This document shows positions 1-9,310 of a stretch of 64,000 nt of DNA, in pieces. Source of the stretch: Candidatus Multivorans sp. Its GTDB lineage: Bacteria; Acidobacteriota; Thermoanaerobaculia; Multivoradales; Multivoraceae. The stretch spans positions 4,096,001 through 4,160,000 of the forward strand of contig OZ245033.1 in the NCBI GenBank assembly GCA_965224025.1, read 5' to 3'. The first letter of the stretch is position 1. Each line of letters starts with the position of its first letter. The translations under genes were made by a program, and so were the position numbers. Under the pieces are notes generated by a model. It was not told the DNA's origin. It was given only the letters and a program-made list of their open reading frames with translations, and searched no databases.

Positions 1-816
1 CTCGTGGTCGACGATCCCTTCCTCGCTTTCGTCACCGTGCTCCGCCATATCGACGACCGGCGCGGGCGCGAAGCCGTGGGAGTTCATCCGACCGCCGTCG
101 TCGCCGACACCGCCGCGATCGGCGCAGAGGTCTCGATCGGCGCCGGCGTCACGGTGCGGGCCGGCGCCTCGATCGGCGATCGCACGGTGCTCCACGCGAA
201 CTCCTACGTCGGCCGCCGCAGCCGGATCGGCCCCGATTGCGTCCTGTTTCCCGGCGTCGTGGTGATGGAGGACGTGACCGTCGGTGCGCGCGTTACCGTC
301 CACGGCGCCACGGTGATCGGCTGCGACGGCTACGGGTATCTGCAGCGCGGCGGCCGTCACCTCAAGATTCCCCAGGTCGGCACCGTCGAGATCGGAGACG
401 ACGTCGAGATCGGCGCCCAGGTCACGATCGACCGCGCCGCGCTCGACGCCACGGTGATCGGCCTCGGCTGCAAGATCGGTGACCTGGTTCACATCGCCCA
501 CAACGTGACGATCGGCGAGCACACCCTGGTCGTGCCAACGGTCAGGATCGCCGGCAGGGCGGCGATCGGCAGCGGCGTGGTGCTCGCGGGCGGCGCCGGC
601 GTCGCGGACGGCGTTGTGGTCGGCGACGGCGCGGTGCTCAGCGGCACCACGGTGGCCTACCGCGACGTGCCGGCCGGCGCCGTGCTCTACGGCGATCCGG
701 CGCGGCCGAAGACGCACCAGTTGCGCATTGAGGCCGTGCTCAACCGCCTGCCCCAGATGGAGCGCGACCTGCGCGCGCTGTTACGGCGAATAGAACGTCG
801 AGGCGAGACCGACTGA
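1..816 (+). CDS. lpxD: UDP-3-O-(3-hydroxyacyl)glucosamine N-acyltransferase (5' partial)
   Basis: Hexapeptide left-handed beta-helix repeats; [30 protein letters not shown] and VHIAHNV motifs. The frame is open from base 1. Confidence 0.88.
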   Translation, partial: LVVDDPFLAFVTVLRHIDDRRGREAVGVHPTAVVADTAAIGAEVSIGAGVTVRAGASIGDRTVLHANSYVGRRSRIGPDCVLFPGVVVMEDVTVGARVTVHGATVIGCDGYGYLQRGGRHLKIPQVGTVEIGDDVEIGAQVTIDRAALDATVIGLGCKIGDLVHIAHNVTIGEHTLVVPTVRIAGRAAIGSGVVLAGGAGVADGVVVGDGAVLSGTTVAYRDVPAGAVLYGDPARPKTHQLRIEAVLNRLPQMERDLRALLRRIERRGETD

Positions 817-826
817 GGAGCGCGGC

Positions 827-973
827 GTGAGCTGGAAGCCCGAGATCGACGAACTGAAGCGCCGCCGGGCACTGGCGCGGGAAACGGGCGGCGCCGAGAA
901 GGTCGAGCGCCAGCACCACTTCGGCAAGCTGGCCGACTGGGTGCGCCGGCGTCCCCGCCAGCAACTAGACTAG
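827..973 (+). pseudogene. N-terminal remnant of an acyl-CoA carboxylase beta (carboxyltransferase) subunit
   Basis: GAGGAG RBS then GTG. Reads MSWKPEIDELKRRRALARETGGAEKVERQHHFGKL..., the typical PccB-like GG..K..RQH..GKL start, but stops after 48 aa. Confidence 0.65.
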
Positions 974-999
974 GACACCCAGCCCCGGGGCGACGCACC

Positions 1000-3660
1000 A
1001 TGCGCAGCAACGTCCTCACCAAAGCCCTTCTGATCGCCGCCGCCCTGGCTCTCCTGGCCGCCGGCGCGGCAACCGCCGCCAAGAAGCGCCCCCCCTGCAA
1101 CGACGGCAGGCAGCCCGATCCGAACACCCTGCCGACCCACCACCGCCAGTGGACCGAGGAGGCCGCCCTGCTGCTCACGGACGACGAGATCCAGTCGTTC
1201 CTCTGCCTGTCCCAGGACTACCAGCGGGACGCCTTCATCGCCGAGTTCTGGAAGGCGCGCGACCCCTACCCCGAGACCGCCCGCAACGAGTTCAGGGAGC
1301 ACTGGAGCGAACGGCTCTCCATGGTCCGCCAGTTGTTCGACAGCACGGGAGACGAGCGGGCCCGCTACTACCTCCTCAACGGACCGCCCGACATCCACGT
1401 CGACATCTGTCCCCGGCGCTCCGCCACCAAGATCGAAGCCTGGTTCTACGGTTTCCAGGACATGAGCGACGTGATCGGCGCGCTCTACAGCCGCCGGCTG
1501 CGGCCCGACCAGTACGCGGTCATCTTCTACCGGCGCCTGGGCGTCGGCGCCTGGCGGGCCTGGCTGCCGAGCGAAGAGCTCGGTATCAGCATGCTGCAGC
1601 CGGGCGGCCGGACCGACCTGCCCGGCGGCCGGATCGGCGGGCTCGGCAGAGAGGACCTAGGCGCCGGCTGCAAGGAGGAGGAACTCGGTTACGCGCTCGG
1701 CATCATCAAGATCCTGAACGACTGGGGCGGCGCGCTCGGCTTCTTCTACGAGCGGATGATCGGCGAGAAGCTGGAGCCGATCGAGGCGCCCTCCAACGAG
1801 TGGCTGCGCACCTTCGAGTCCTACTCCACGGATCTCCCCTCCGGCGCGCCGCAGCTCGAGGCCTCGCTCGACGTGACCTTCCCGGGCCGCAAGGAGAGCC
1901 GCACCGTGGTCCAGACCCTGGTCCAGGTCGAAGCGGCAAGCGCAAGTCTCGCCGACCTGGCTGGCGCCCGGTCCTACGGCTTTGAACTGATCGGGGAGAT
2001 CCTGCGCGCGGACGCGGACACCGGCGCCGACCGCCTGTTCGAGAGCTTCCGCTACCGCTTCGAGTTCCCGGTCGAGGAGACCGATGTCGCCGGCGGCGAC
2101 GGCGGGCTGCCGGCCATGCCCCTGGTCGCCCAGCGCTATCTGCGACCCGGAAACTTCAAGCTCATCCTGCGCGTCGACGATCTGAACGGCGACGCGGTCT
2201 GGCGCCACGCCCAACCCCTCGAAGTGCCTCGGGTCGAAGAGGCCGCCGGCTGGACGGAAGCCGACCTCGAGCCGATCTTCGCCGAGGCGAACCGCGCGCT
2301 GGCCGCCGGCGAACCGTCGATCCGGATCATCTCGCCGGGCGGCGACCTCGTCTCCGGCTATCTCCGCTTCGACACCGCCGTCACCGGACCCGTCGAGAAG
2401 GTGCGGTTCACCCTGGACGACAAGGACCTGTTCACCACCAAGCGGGCGCCCTTCAGCGTCGACGTGCGGCTGGGCGAACTGCCCCGCAGCCAGATGCTGC
2501 GCGCCATCGCCTACGACGTGGGGGGCAACCAGATCGCCAGCGATTCCTACCTGATCAACGGCTCCCCCCACCGCTTCGACGTCCGCATCATCGAGCCGAT
2601 CCCCGGCAACCGATACAACGACAGCGTCCGCATGCGAGCCCAGGTCACGGCGCCCGAGGGACGGAGCCTCGAGGAGCTCCAGGTCTTCCGCAACGACGAC
2701 CAGGTGGCGACGCTCTACGAAGAACCCTTCACCGTCCCGATCGAACTGCCCGACGGACCCGCGCTGACCATCGTCCGCATCGTCGGCAAGCTGCTGGACG
2801 CCGAGGGGCCCGCCGCCTTCGTCGAGGACACGGCGATCATCAACGGGCCGGCCACCCTTGAAGAACTCCAGGTCGACTTCGTGGAGCTCTACACGACCGT
2901 CGACGACCGCGATCGCCGTCCCTTGCTCGACCTCGGGGAGGACGCATTCCAGGTGCTCGAGGACGGCGTGGCGCAGGAGATCGTCCGCTTCGAACGGGTC
3001 GACGACACGCCGCTCATCGGCACCATCCTGCTCGACGTGTCGGCGTCGATGGAGGAACGCCTGCGGCAATCCGTCCAGGCCGCCGCCGACTTCTTCCAGC
3101 AGGTGATCACCGAGCGCGACGAACTCTCGATCATCACGTTCAACGACCGTCCCCACCTGGCGGCGCCCTTCACCCGCGACCGGATCGAGTTCGCCAAGGG
3201 CCTGATGGGCCTGCGCGCCGAGCGCGGCACGGCGCTCTACGACAGCCTCATCTTCACCCTCTACCACCTGAACGGGCTGCCCGGACAGCGCGCGGTGCTG
3301 CTGCTCTCCGACGGAGTCGACGAGCACAGCCGCTACGACCTCGACGACGCCCTCGAGTACGCCCGCCGCTCAGAAGCGGCGATCTACGCGATCGGCCTCG
3401 CGCTGCCGCGCAAGGCGAAGGAGAACCCGAGAAAGGTGCTGGAGCAGTTGGCGACCGAAACCGGGGGCCGCGCCTTCTTCGTCGACGATCCGAGTCAGCT
3501 CGGCGCCGTCTACGACCAGATCGCGCTGGAGCTGCGTTCGAAGTATTTCCTCGCCTACCAGTCGTCGAGTACCCAGCCGAGCGACGCCTTCCGCCGGGTC
3601 GAGGTCGTGGTCGACGCCAAGGGCGCCAAGGCGCGGACGATCCGCGGCTACTACCCGTAG
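1000..3660 (+). CDS. Secreted GWxTD-like + Ig-like + VWA domain protein
   Basis: Signal peptide; FIAEFWKARDP..NEFREH..ERARYYLLNGPP (GWxTD-like); C-terminal VWA with DVSAS MIDAS, GTALYD, LLSDG and ETGG, ending in RGYY. Confidence 0.8.
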   Translation: MRSNVLTKALLIAAALALLAAGAATAAKKRPPCNDGRQPDPNTLPTHHRQWTEEAALLLTDDEIQSFLCLSQDYQRDAFIAEFWKARDPYPETARNEFREHWSERLSMVRQLFDSTGDERARYYLLNGPPDIHVDICPRRSATKIEAWFYGFQDMSDVIGALYSRRLRPDQYAVIFYRRLGVGAWRAWLPSEELGISMLQPGGRTDLPGGRIGGLGREDLGAGCKEEELGYALGIIKILNDWGGALGFFYERMIGEKLEPIEAPSNEWLRTFESYSTDLPSGAPQLEASLDVTFPGRKESRTVVQTLVQVEAASASLADLAGARSYGFELIGEILRADADTGADRLFESFRYRFEFPVEETDVAGGDGGLPAMPLVAQRYLRPGNFKLILRVDDLNGDAVWRHAQPLEVPRVEEAAGWTEADLEPIFAEANRALAAGEPSIRIISPGGDLVSGYLRFDTAVTGPVEKVRFTLDDKDLFTTKRAPFSVDVRLGELPRSQMLRAIAYDVGGNQIASDSYLINGSPHRFDVRIIEPIPGNRYNDSVRMRAQVTAPEGRSLEELQVFRNDDQVATLYEEPFTVPIELPDGPALTIVRIVGKLLDAEGPAAFVEDTAIINGPATLEELQVDFVELYTTVDDRDRRPLLDLGEDAFQVLEDGVAQEIVRFERVDDTPLIGTILLDVSASMEERLRQSVQAAADFFQQVITERDELSIITFNDRPHLAAPFTRDRIEFAKGLMGLRAERGTALYDSLIFTLYHLNGLPGQRAVLLLSDGVDEHSRYDLDDALEYARRSEAAIYAIGLALPRKAKENPRKVLEQLATETGGRAFFVDDPSQLGAVYDQIALELRSKYFLAYQSSSTQPSDAFRRVEVVVDAKGAKARTIRGYYP

Positions 3661-3693
3661 CTGCCGGATTCGGCTCGCGGAACGAAGACAGGA

Positions 3694-4290
3694 ATGACCC
3701 GGACACGCTGCGGCTGGGTCAACGACGACCCTCTCTACCTCGCCTACCACGACGAGGAATGGGGCGTTCCGGTCCGCAACGACCGCCGGCTCTTCGAGAT
3801 GCTGGTGCTCGAAGGCGCCCAGGCCGGCCTGAGCTGGTACACCATCCTGAGGAAGCGCGAGGCCTACCGCCGCGCCTTCGACGGTTTCAACCCCGACGTC
3901 GTCGCCCGCTACGACGAACGGAAGATCACGTCCCTGCTGGCCGACCCGGGCATCGTCCGCAACCGCCTCAAGGTCCGCGCCGCGATCGGCAACGCGCAGG
4001 CCTGGCTCCAACTCCGCACCACCGGCCGCGCCCCCTCGGAGTTCCTGTGGCAGTTCACCGACGGCGAACCCATAACCAACGCTCCCGGCAGCCTCGAGGA
4101 CGTCCCCGCCTCGACTCCGGCCTCCGAAGCGATGAGCAAGGCCCTGAAACAACACGGTTTCCGCTTCGTCGGCCCGACGATCTGCTACGCCTTCATGCAG
4201 GCCGTCGGGATGGTCAACGACCACACGACGACGTGCTTTCGGTGGGAGGAGTGCAGGAATGTCGGGGAGGGAACCGAGGGCAGCAAGTGA
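3694..4290 (+). CDS. tag: DNA-3-methyladenine glycosylase I
   Basis: RCGW, YHDEEWG, LEGAQAGLSW, RNRLK and FMQAVGMVNDH motifs. Confidence 0.95.
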   Translation: MTRTRCGWVNDDPLYLAYHDEEWGVPVRNDRRLFEMLVLEGAQAGLSWYTILRKREAYRRAFDGFNPDVVARYDERKITSLLADPGIVRNRLKVRAAIGNAQAWLQLRTTGRAPSEFLWQFTDGEPITNAPGSLEDVPASTPASEAMSKALKQHGFRFVGPTICYAFMQAVGMVNDHTTTCFRWEECRNVGEGTEGSK

Positions 4291-4764
4291 AGTACAAAAG
4301 GGACGTGATCCAATGGCGCGAGCCCAAAGCGTTTAGCGGGCCCGACAACAGCGAGAAGGCGATCAAGTACGTGGACGCGATCAAGCCCACCGAGTCCGTC
4401 CTTACGCGGATGTACCTCCGGGCCGTCGCGATTGGCATGAACGAGGCCCAACCGGGTGACGAGGGTCAGTTCGCGTACGCTCTCTCAACCGCAACGGACT
4501 TCTGGCGAAGCCACGTCATCTGGGTTCGCACTGGTACCGCGCATCCCCTTGTCCGGGCGTTCGTCCGTCGCCAGGAGCGTGAACGGCAAGTGGATCGGCG
4601 ACGCGGTGCCGATGCCGCTCGGCTATGTGGCCGCGCTATCGGCTCTCGGGCCCGACCTGCCCCTCGAAGATCGATCTCACTCATCCGCGGCGGGAGAAGA
4701 CAACATCGGGCCGTGCCAAAGTGACGTCTGGGAAGTCTGCGTATTCCAGCCCTTCAGCGAATGA
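4287..4764 (+). pseudogene. Hypothetical gene, probably frameshifted
   Basis: GTG overlaps the tag stop. Protein-like sequence (MKYKRDVIQWREPK...) appears to continue in another frame (..ARSVNGKWIGDAVPMPLGYVAAL..) near 4560. Confidence 0.3.
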
Positions 4765-4824
4765 GACCGCGTCCCTCGCAGATTCCAGCATGTCCAGCAG
4801 GAGTGCGGCCTCGTCACGCGGCAT
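4681..4824 (-). pseudogene. Truncated HepT/DUF86 (HEPN) toxin
   Basis: ATG overlaps the end of the MNT gene. MPRDEAALLLDMLESARDAVSFAEGLEYADF is a DUF86 N-terminus; it ends after 47 aa with no RxxxxH motif. Confidence 0.7.
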
Positions 4825-5170
4825 AGACGACCCGAAGGGAATCGAGAATCGCCCGCCGACGGATGTAGTTCCTGCTGTTCTCGATCGCGTCACGAGTCAA
4901 GAGGTCGACCGGACGGCCGAACAGCCCGGCGAGTTCGTCCTCCATGCGCACAAGTCCGAACAGGCCCGGTGTTGGCTCTGCAGCGAACCGGATCAACACG
5001 TCAATGTCACTGTCCGTGCGGAAGTCGTCCGTGAGGATGGAGCCAAAGAGTGCCATCTCCTCCACCTCCCAGCGCCGGCAGAACGCGGCGGCATCCTCAG
5101 CGGACGCTTTCAGATGAGGGTGAATCCGCCCTACTCCTTCACCGATCGACACTGTGTTCTCTTCAGTCAT
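4814..5170 (-). CDS. mntA: Minimal nucleotidyltransferase (MNT antitoxin)
   Basis: LFGSILTDDFRTDSDIDVL (GS-x10-DxD) and GRPVDL motifs; 118 aa. Confidence 0.85.
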   Translation of the reverse strand: MTEENTVSIGEGVGRIHPHLKASAEDAAAFCRRWEVEEMALFGSILTDDFRTDSDIDVLIRFAAEPTPGLFGLVRMEDELAGLFGRPVDLLTRDAIENSRNYIRRRAILDSLRVVYAA

Positions 5171-5397
5171 CAGGGGCCCCCCGGGTCTCAGAATCTGAGG
5201 CTCTCCCCCGGTTGTCCATGATCATAGTCTTGGCCGGAGCTCTCGCTACCGCATTGTCCGATGTTGCCACCAGGAGGTCTACCCCGTCGTCCCTTGGCCG
5301 CACTCGATAAACCCTGAGCCGCCGCTACACGGCCGCGCCCCGAGGGCGGCTCGCTCCAGACTGCGGCCTGTTCGATCCGAACCGGCGCGGGAGGCGA

Positions 5398-5480
5398 CCA
5401 ATCTGCCGGCGGATGACAGCCGTTCCTGCCGGTCAATGGCAGCCATTCATGCCGTTGAGAGGCCGCCGAATCTGCCGTTG
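5398..5480 (+). repeat. Degenerate 23-bp tandem repeat, 4 units
   Basis: TGCCG cores at 5404, 5427, 5450 and 5473, an exact 23-bp period, with similar CC(A/G)..C flanks. Confidence 0.6.
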
Positions 5481-5550
5481 AACCTCCCGTAGACCTTCGC
5501 GGCTGCTATCTTTCCGGCCACCGTCGACGGCTCGGACGATGGTGGACTCG

Positions 5551-5785
5551 ATGACCTGCGAGCCCAGAATCCTGGAGCGCGAACTGGCCGCCCAGCTTGA
5601 GGCGATCGGAGCGGTCGTCGTGGAAGGGGCAAGAGCCTGCGGCAAGACGACTACCGCTCGGAGCGAAGGTGGACCGGGAACGGATGGGGGCGCCAGCCGC
5701 GCTGGGCGTGATCACAAGCAGCGGCTACGGATACACACGGGAGGACGGCGTGGCGGTGATCCCGGTCGGGGCGTTGGGCCCGTGA
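5551..5785 (+). pseudogene. Internally deleted AAA+ ATPase (DUF4143 family)
   Basis: N-terminus PRILERELAAQLEAIGAVVVEGARACGKTTTA (Walker A) is joined out of frame to a family C-terminus LGVITSSGYGYTREDGVAVIPVGALGP*. Confidence 0.75.
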
Positions 5786-7029
5786 AGGTGTACCGGTTCA
5801 TCGCGGTGCCGGTGCTCGCGGCGGCCGCGGCCCACGCCGGCGACTGGCCGCAGTTCCGGGGGCCGACCGGGCAGGGACACGCGCCCGGCGAGGCGGTTCC
5901 CCTGACCTGGAGCGAGACGGAGAACGTCACCTGGAAGACGGCGGTTCCCGGCCGGGGCTGGTCGTCGCCGGTGATCGCCGATGGCCTGGTCTGGCTTACG
6001 ACGGCGGTCACCGACCGCGACGCCGGCACGACTTCGCTGCGTCTCCTGGCCTACGATGTGAGCAGCGGCGATGCCGCGAGGGACGTCGAGGCGTTCGCCA
6101 TCTCCGACACCACGCTCCTGAACCAGAAGAACAGCTTCGCGTCGCCGACGCCGGTCATCGATCCGGACGCCGAGCGGGTTTACGCCCACTTCGGCGCCCA
6201 GGGCACCGCGGCCGTCGCCGCGGGCGGCGAGTCGGCCGGCGAGGTTCTCTGGCGAACCCGGTTTGCCTACACCTCGCAGCATGGGAACGGCGGTTCGCCG
6301 ATCCTGCACGAGGGGCTCCTCATCGTGAGCATCGACGGCTACGACACGGCCTTCCTGGTCGCCGTCGACGCGGCAACCGGCGAGGAGCGCTGGCGATCGG
6401 TTCGGCCGACGCCGATCTCGCAGGCCTACTCCACGCCGCTTGCGATCCAGGTCGGCGACGCCGAACAGATCGTCAACGTGAGCGCGTTCCGCACGACGGC
6501 TCACGAACCTGCCACCGGCCGCGAGATCTGGCGGGTCGAATACCCGGGGGGCTTCTCCAACGTTTCCCGTCCGGTCTACGGCCACGGGCTCGTCTATCTC
6601 TCGACCGGCTTCAACGAGCCGGTCCTGCTCGCCGTGCGGCCAACCGGCGAAGGCAACGTCACGGAGTCGGAGATCGCCTGGCGGCTCCGCCGCGGCGCCC
6701 CGCTCACGGTGTCGCCGATCCTCGTCGGCGACGAGTTGTACACGGTCACCGACACGGGCATCGCCACCTGTATCGATGCCCTGACGGGCGCCATCCACTG
6801 GCAGCATCGGCTCGGCGGCAACCACTCCGCCTCGCCGATCTTTGCCGGCGGCCGGATCTACTTTCAGAACGAAGAAGGGCTAACAACGGTCATCGCACCC
6901 GGCCCGGAATTCGAGCAGTTGGCGCGCAACGAACTCGACGGTTCGACTCTCGCCTCGATCGCGGTATCCGACGGCGCCTTCTTCGTTCGCACCGGCACGC
7001 ACCTGTACCGAATCGAGGAGTCGCCTTGA
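5782..7029 (+). CDS. PQQ-binding-like beta-propeller protein (BamB-like)
   Basis: GTG overlaps the upstream TGA. Signal peptide, DWPQFRGP, SSPVI and repeated TG..W blade motifs. Confidence 0.85.
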   Translation: MKVYRFIAVPVLAAAAAHAGDWPQFRGPTGQGHAPGEAVPLTWSETENVTWKTAVPGRGWSSPVIADGLVWLTTAVTDRDAGTTSLRLLAYDVSSGDAARDVEAFAISDTTLLNQKNSFASPTPVIDPDAERVYAHFGAQGTAAVAAGGESAGEVLWRTRFAYTSQHGNGGSPILHEGLLIVSIDGYDTAFLVAVDAATGEERWRSVRPTPISQAYSTPLAIQVGDAEQIVNVSAFRTTAHEPATGREIWRVEYPGGFSNVSRPVYGHGLVYLSTGFNEPVLLAVRPTGEGNVTESEIAWRLRRGAPLTVSPILVGDELYTVTDTGIATCIDALTGAIHWQHRLGGNHSASPIFAGGRIYFQNEEGLTTVIAPGPEFEQLARNELDGSTLASIAVSDGAFFVRTGTHLYRIEESP

Positions 7030-7049
7030 GCGGCACGGAATTAGGCGTT

Positions 7050-7069
7050 GCTGTATACTGCGCTGTATG
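7050..7069 (+). promoter_or_regulatory. Probable -10 box / leaderless start with direct-repeat operator for the vapBC module
   Basis: TATACT at 7054-7059, 7 nt before the ATG at 7067, with no RBS. GCTGTAT direct repeats at 7050 and 7062. Confidence 0.5.
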
Positions 7070-7312
7070 TCGGCAACACGCACCCAGATCTACCTCCAGC
7101 CGCTACAGCGCCAGCGGCTCGACGAGATAGCCGGAGCGCGAGGCCTGAGTCTCGCCTCGGTGATCCGTGAAGCGGTGGACCTCTACCTCGCCAAGGCGCC
7201 CACTGACGCGACCGCCGCCCTCAAGAACACGTTCGGCGCCGCGCCCGACGCGCGGTTCCCTGCGCGCGACGAATGGGACTCTCGCGACGAGAGGCTCAAG
7301 CCCTTCGATTGA
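7067..7312 (+). CDS. CopG/RHH-type antitoxin (VapB-like)
   Basis: RTQIYL...LASVIREAVDLYL ribbon-helix-helix signature; directly upstream of a PIN gene. Confidence 0.8.
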   Translation: MSATRTQIYLQPLQRQRLDEIAGARGLSLASVIREAVDLYLAKAPTDATAALKNTFGAAPDARFPARDEWDSRDERLKPFD

Positions 7313-7315
7313 TCC

Positions 7316-7675
7316 GTGGCCAACTACGTCGTCGATTCCGATGTCTTCATCGATCATCTACGCGGATTCCGGGAGCTGAGGCCCGGACGGAACCGCCTCC
7401 ACTACTCCGTCGTCACGCGATGCGAGCTGTTCTCGGGCACGGTCGAAACCGAGCGGATTCAGAAACTGCTCGGCTCGTTCAGGGAACTGACGGTGGACCG
7501 GGCGGTGGCCGAAAGGGCCGGCCGGATCCGCCGCGAGGTCCGCATCGGAACGCCCGACGCCCTGATCGCCGCCACTGCCATCGAGCACCGGATGACTCTT
7601 GTGACCCGCAACCTGAGGCACTTCGAGGCCGTCAGGCAGTTGCGCATCAGACAACCAAGAGGGGGGGCCCCGTGA
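7316..7675 (+). CDS. vapC: PIN-domain toxin
   Basis: VVDSDVFID, EL, DALIAATA and TRNLRHF PIN motifs. Confidence 0.88.
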   Translation: MANYVVDSDVFIDHLRGFRELRPGRNRLHYSVVTRCELFSGTVETERIQKLLGSFRELTVDRAVAERAGRIRREVRIGTPDALIAATAIEHRMTLVTRNLRHFEAVRQLRIRQPRGGAP

Positions 7676-9132
7676 CCGTGCTCCGGACTCCGAATCTCGT
7701 CAAAGCGACCGCGCTCGTCGTCGCCGTGTCTGTTCTCCCCGCTGTCGCGCCGCTTGCCGCGCAGACGGCCGACGCTGTCGGCCATTGGGAGGGTTCGATC
7801 GAGGTCCCCGGCCAGCCCTTGGTGGTCCAGGTCGACCTGGAGCAGACGGACGGCGCCTGGTCGGGGACGATCGACATTCCCGCCCAGGGCGCCGACGATC
7901 TTCCTCTCTCCGACGTGTCGGTCGACGGCGAGGCGGTTCAGTTCACGATCAGCGGCGTACCCAGAGAACCGACCTTCGAAGGCACTTTGGCCGGCGACGA
8001 AATCACCGGCGAGTTCCGCCAGGGGCCGGCCCGACTCCCGTTCAAGCTCGACCGCGAGGCGGTGGAGGTCGAAGCGCCGCCAAGACCGCAGGAGCCGAAG
8101 CCGCCCTTCCCCTACGACGCCGAGGAAGTCGAGTATGAGAACGGAAGCGTGACGATCGCCGGCACACTGACCCTGCCGCCCGGCGAGGGACAGGTCCCCG
8201 CCGCGCTGTTGATTTCGGGCAGCGGCGCCCTGAACCGCGATCTCGGACTCTTCGGCCACAAGAGTTTCCTGGTGCTCGCCGACCACCTGACGCGACTCGG
8301 CGTCGCGGTGCTCCGCGTCGACGACCGCGGCGTCGGCGGGTCGACCGGCAGCACGATGAACTCGACCTCGAGAAACAAAGCGGACGATGTTCTTGCCGGC
8401 GTGCGCTTCCTGCACGCCCACGATCGGATCGATCCGGCGAGGGTGGGCCTGATCGGCATCTCCGAGGGAGCCCTGGTCGCGCCGCTGGCGCTCAACCGGG
8501 TCGATCCGGGCGCCATCGCGTTCGCCGTTCTGCTGGCCGGCCCGGGCGTTCCCGGCGGCGACCTGTTGCGCCAGCAACTCCGGCGCGTCGCCGCAGCCAA
8601 CGGCGCCACGGCCGAGATGATCGAGGAAGCGGCGGCGCTGCAGAGCCGGGCGCTCGATATCATTGGCTCGGGGATGGCCGCCGCGGAGGCCGAGGCGGCG
8701 CTGCGGGAGGTCGTCGTCGAGCAGTTGGCCGCTTCGCCCGAGACGGCGCAACTCAGCGGCGAGGCTCTGGAATCCGCCGTGTCGGCCGCCGTCGAGTCCA
8801 ACCTTACTCCCTGGTTCCGGTTCTTCATCCGCTACGACCCGCAGCCGGCTCTCGGCGGCCTCGCCGTGCCCACGCTGGCTCTATTCGGCGGCAAGGACAC
8901 GCAGGTGGACGCCGATCAGAACCAGTCCGCCATGGAGGCCGCGTTCGCCGCCTCCGCGAACGGAGACATCACGGTGCGACGCTTCCCCGACATGAATCAC
9001 CTGTTCCAGACTGCCGGAACCGGCTCGCCGGCCGAGTACGGGATGATCGAGGAGACGATGGCGCCCGAAGCGCTCTCGACGATCAGCGGCTGGATTCTGG
9101 AACGCTTCGGCGACCAGGAGCCTGCGCCCTAG
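7672..9132 (+). CDS. Secreted alpha/beta hydrolase
   Basis: GTG overlaps the vapC stop. Signal peptide, DDRGVGGS, GISEG nucleophile elbow, KDTQV and NHLFQ. Confidence 0.82.
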   Translation: MTVLRTPNLVKATALVVAVSVLPAVAPLAAQTADAVGHWEGSIEVPGQPLVVQVDLEQTDGAWSGTIDIPAQGADDLPLSDVSVDGEAVQFTISGVPREPTFEGTLAGDEITGEFRQGPARLPFKLDREAVEVEAPPRPQEPKPPFPYDAEEVEYENGSVTIAGTLTLPPGEGQVPAALLISGSGALNRDLGLFGHKSFLVLADHLTRLGVAVLRVDDRGVGGSTGSTMNSTSRNKADDVLAGVRFLHAHDRIDPARVGLIGISEGALVAPLALNRVDPGAIAFAVLLAGPGVPGGDLLRQQLRRVAAANGATAEMIEEAAALQSRALDIIGSGMAAAEAEAALREVVVEQLAASPETAQLSGEALESAVSAAVESNLTPWFRFFIRYDPQPALGGLAVPTLALFGGKDTQVDADQNQSAMEAAFAASANGDITVRRFPDMNHLFQTAGTGSPAEYGMIEETMAPEALSTISGWILERFGDQEPAP

Positions 9133-9310
9133 AACACAGCGAAGCAAGTTCTGCGACGCAGGGTGCTGGTGAGGTGGGGGCTGGGCCAAACACGGAGTCT
9201 GCGACGGGTTTGGCGGCGCTGATCGGCCCCCGCGCCTCCCTTCGACTAGACTCCCCGACCGTCGGCCAAGCGCTCCGCGGCCCACTTGCGACGAGGAGAG
9301 ACAGCCGCCA

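Noticed and set aside
5539-7029. 496-aa P-loop/beta-propeller fusion protein
   Set aside because: Artefact of a deleted ATPase remnant running in frame into a separate gene that has its own signal peptide from 5782.
9133-9310. Possible ncRNA upstream of the ferredoxin (repeated TCTGCGACG)
   Set aside because: Only a 9-nt duplication and no recognisable structure or consensus.
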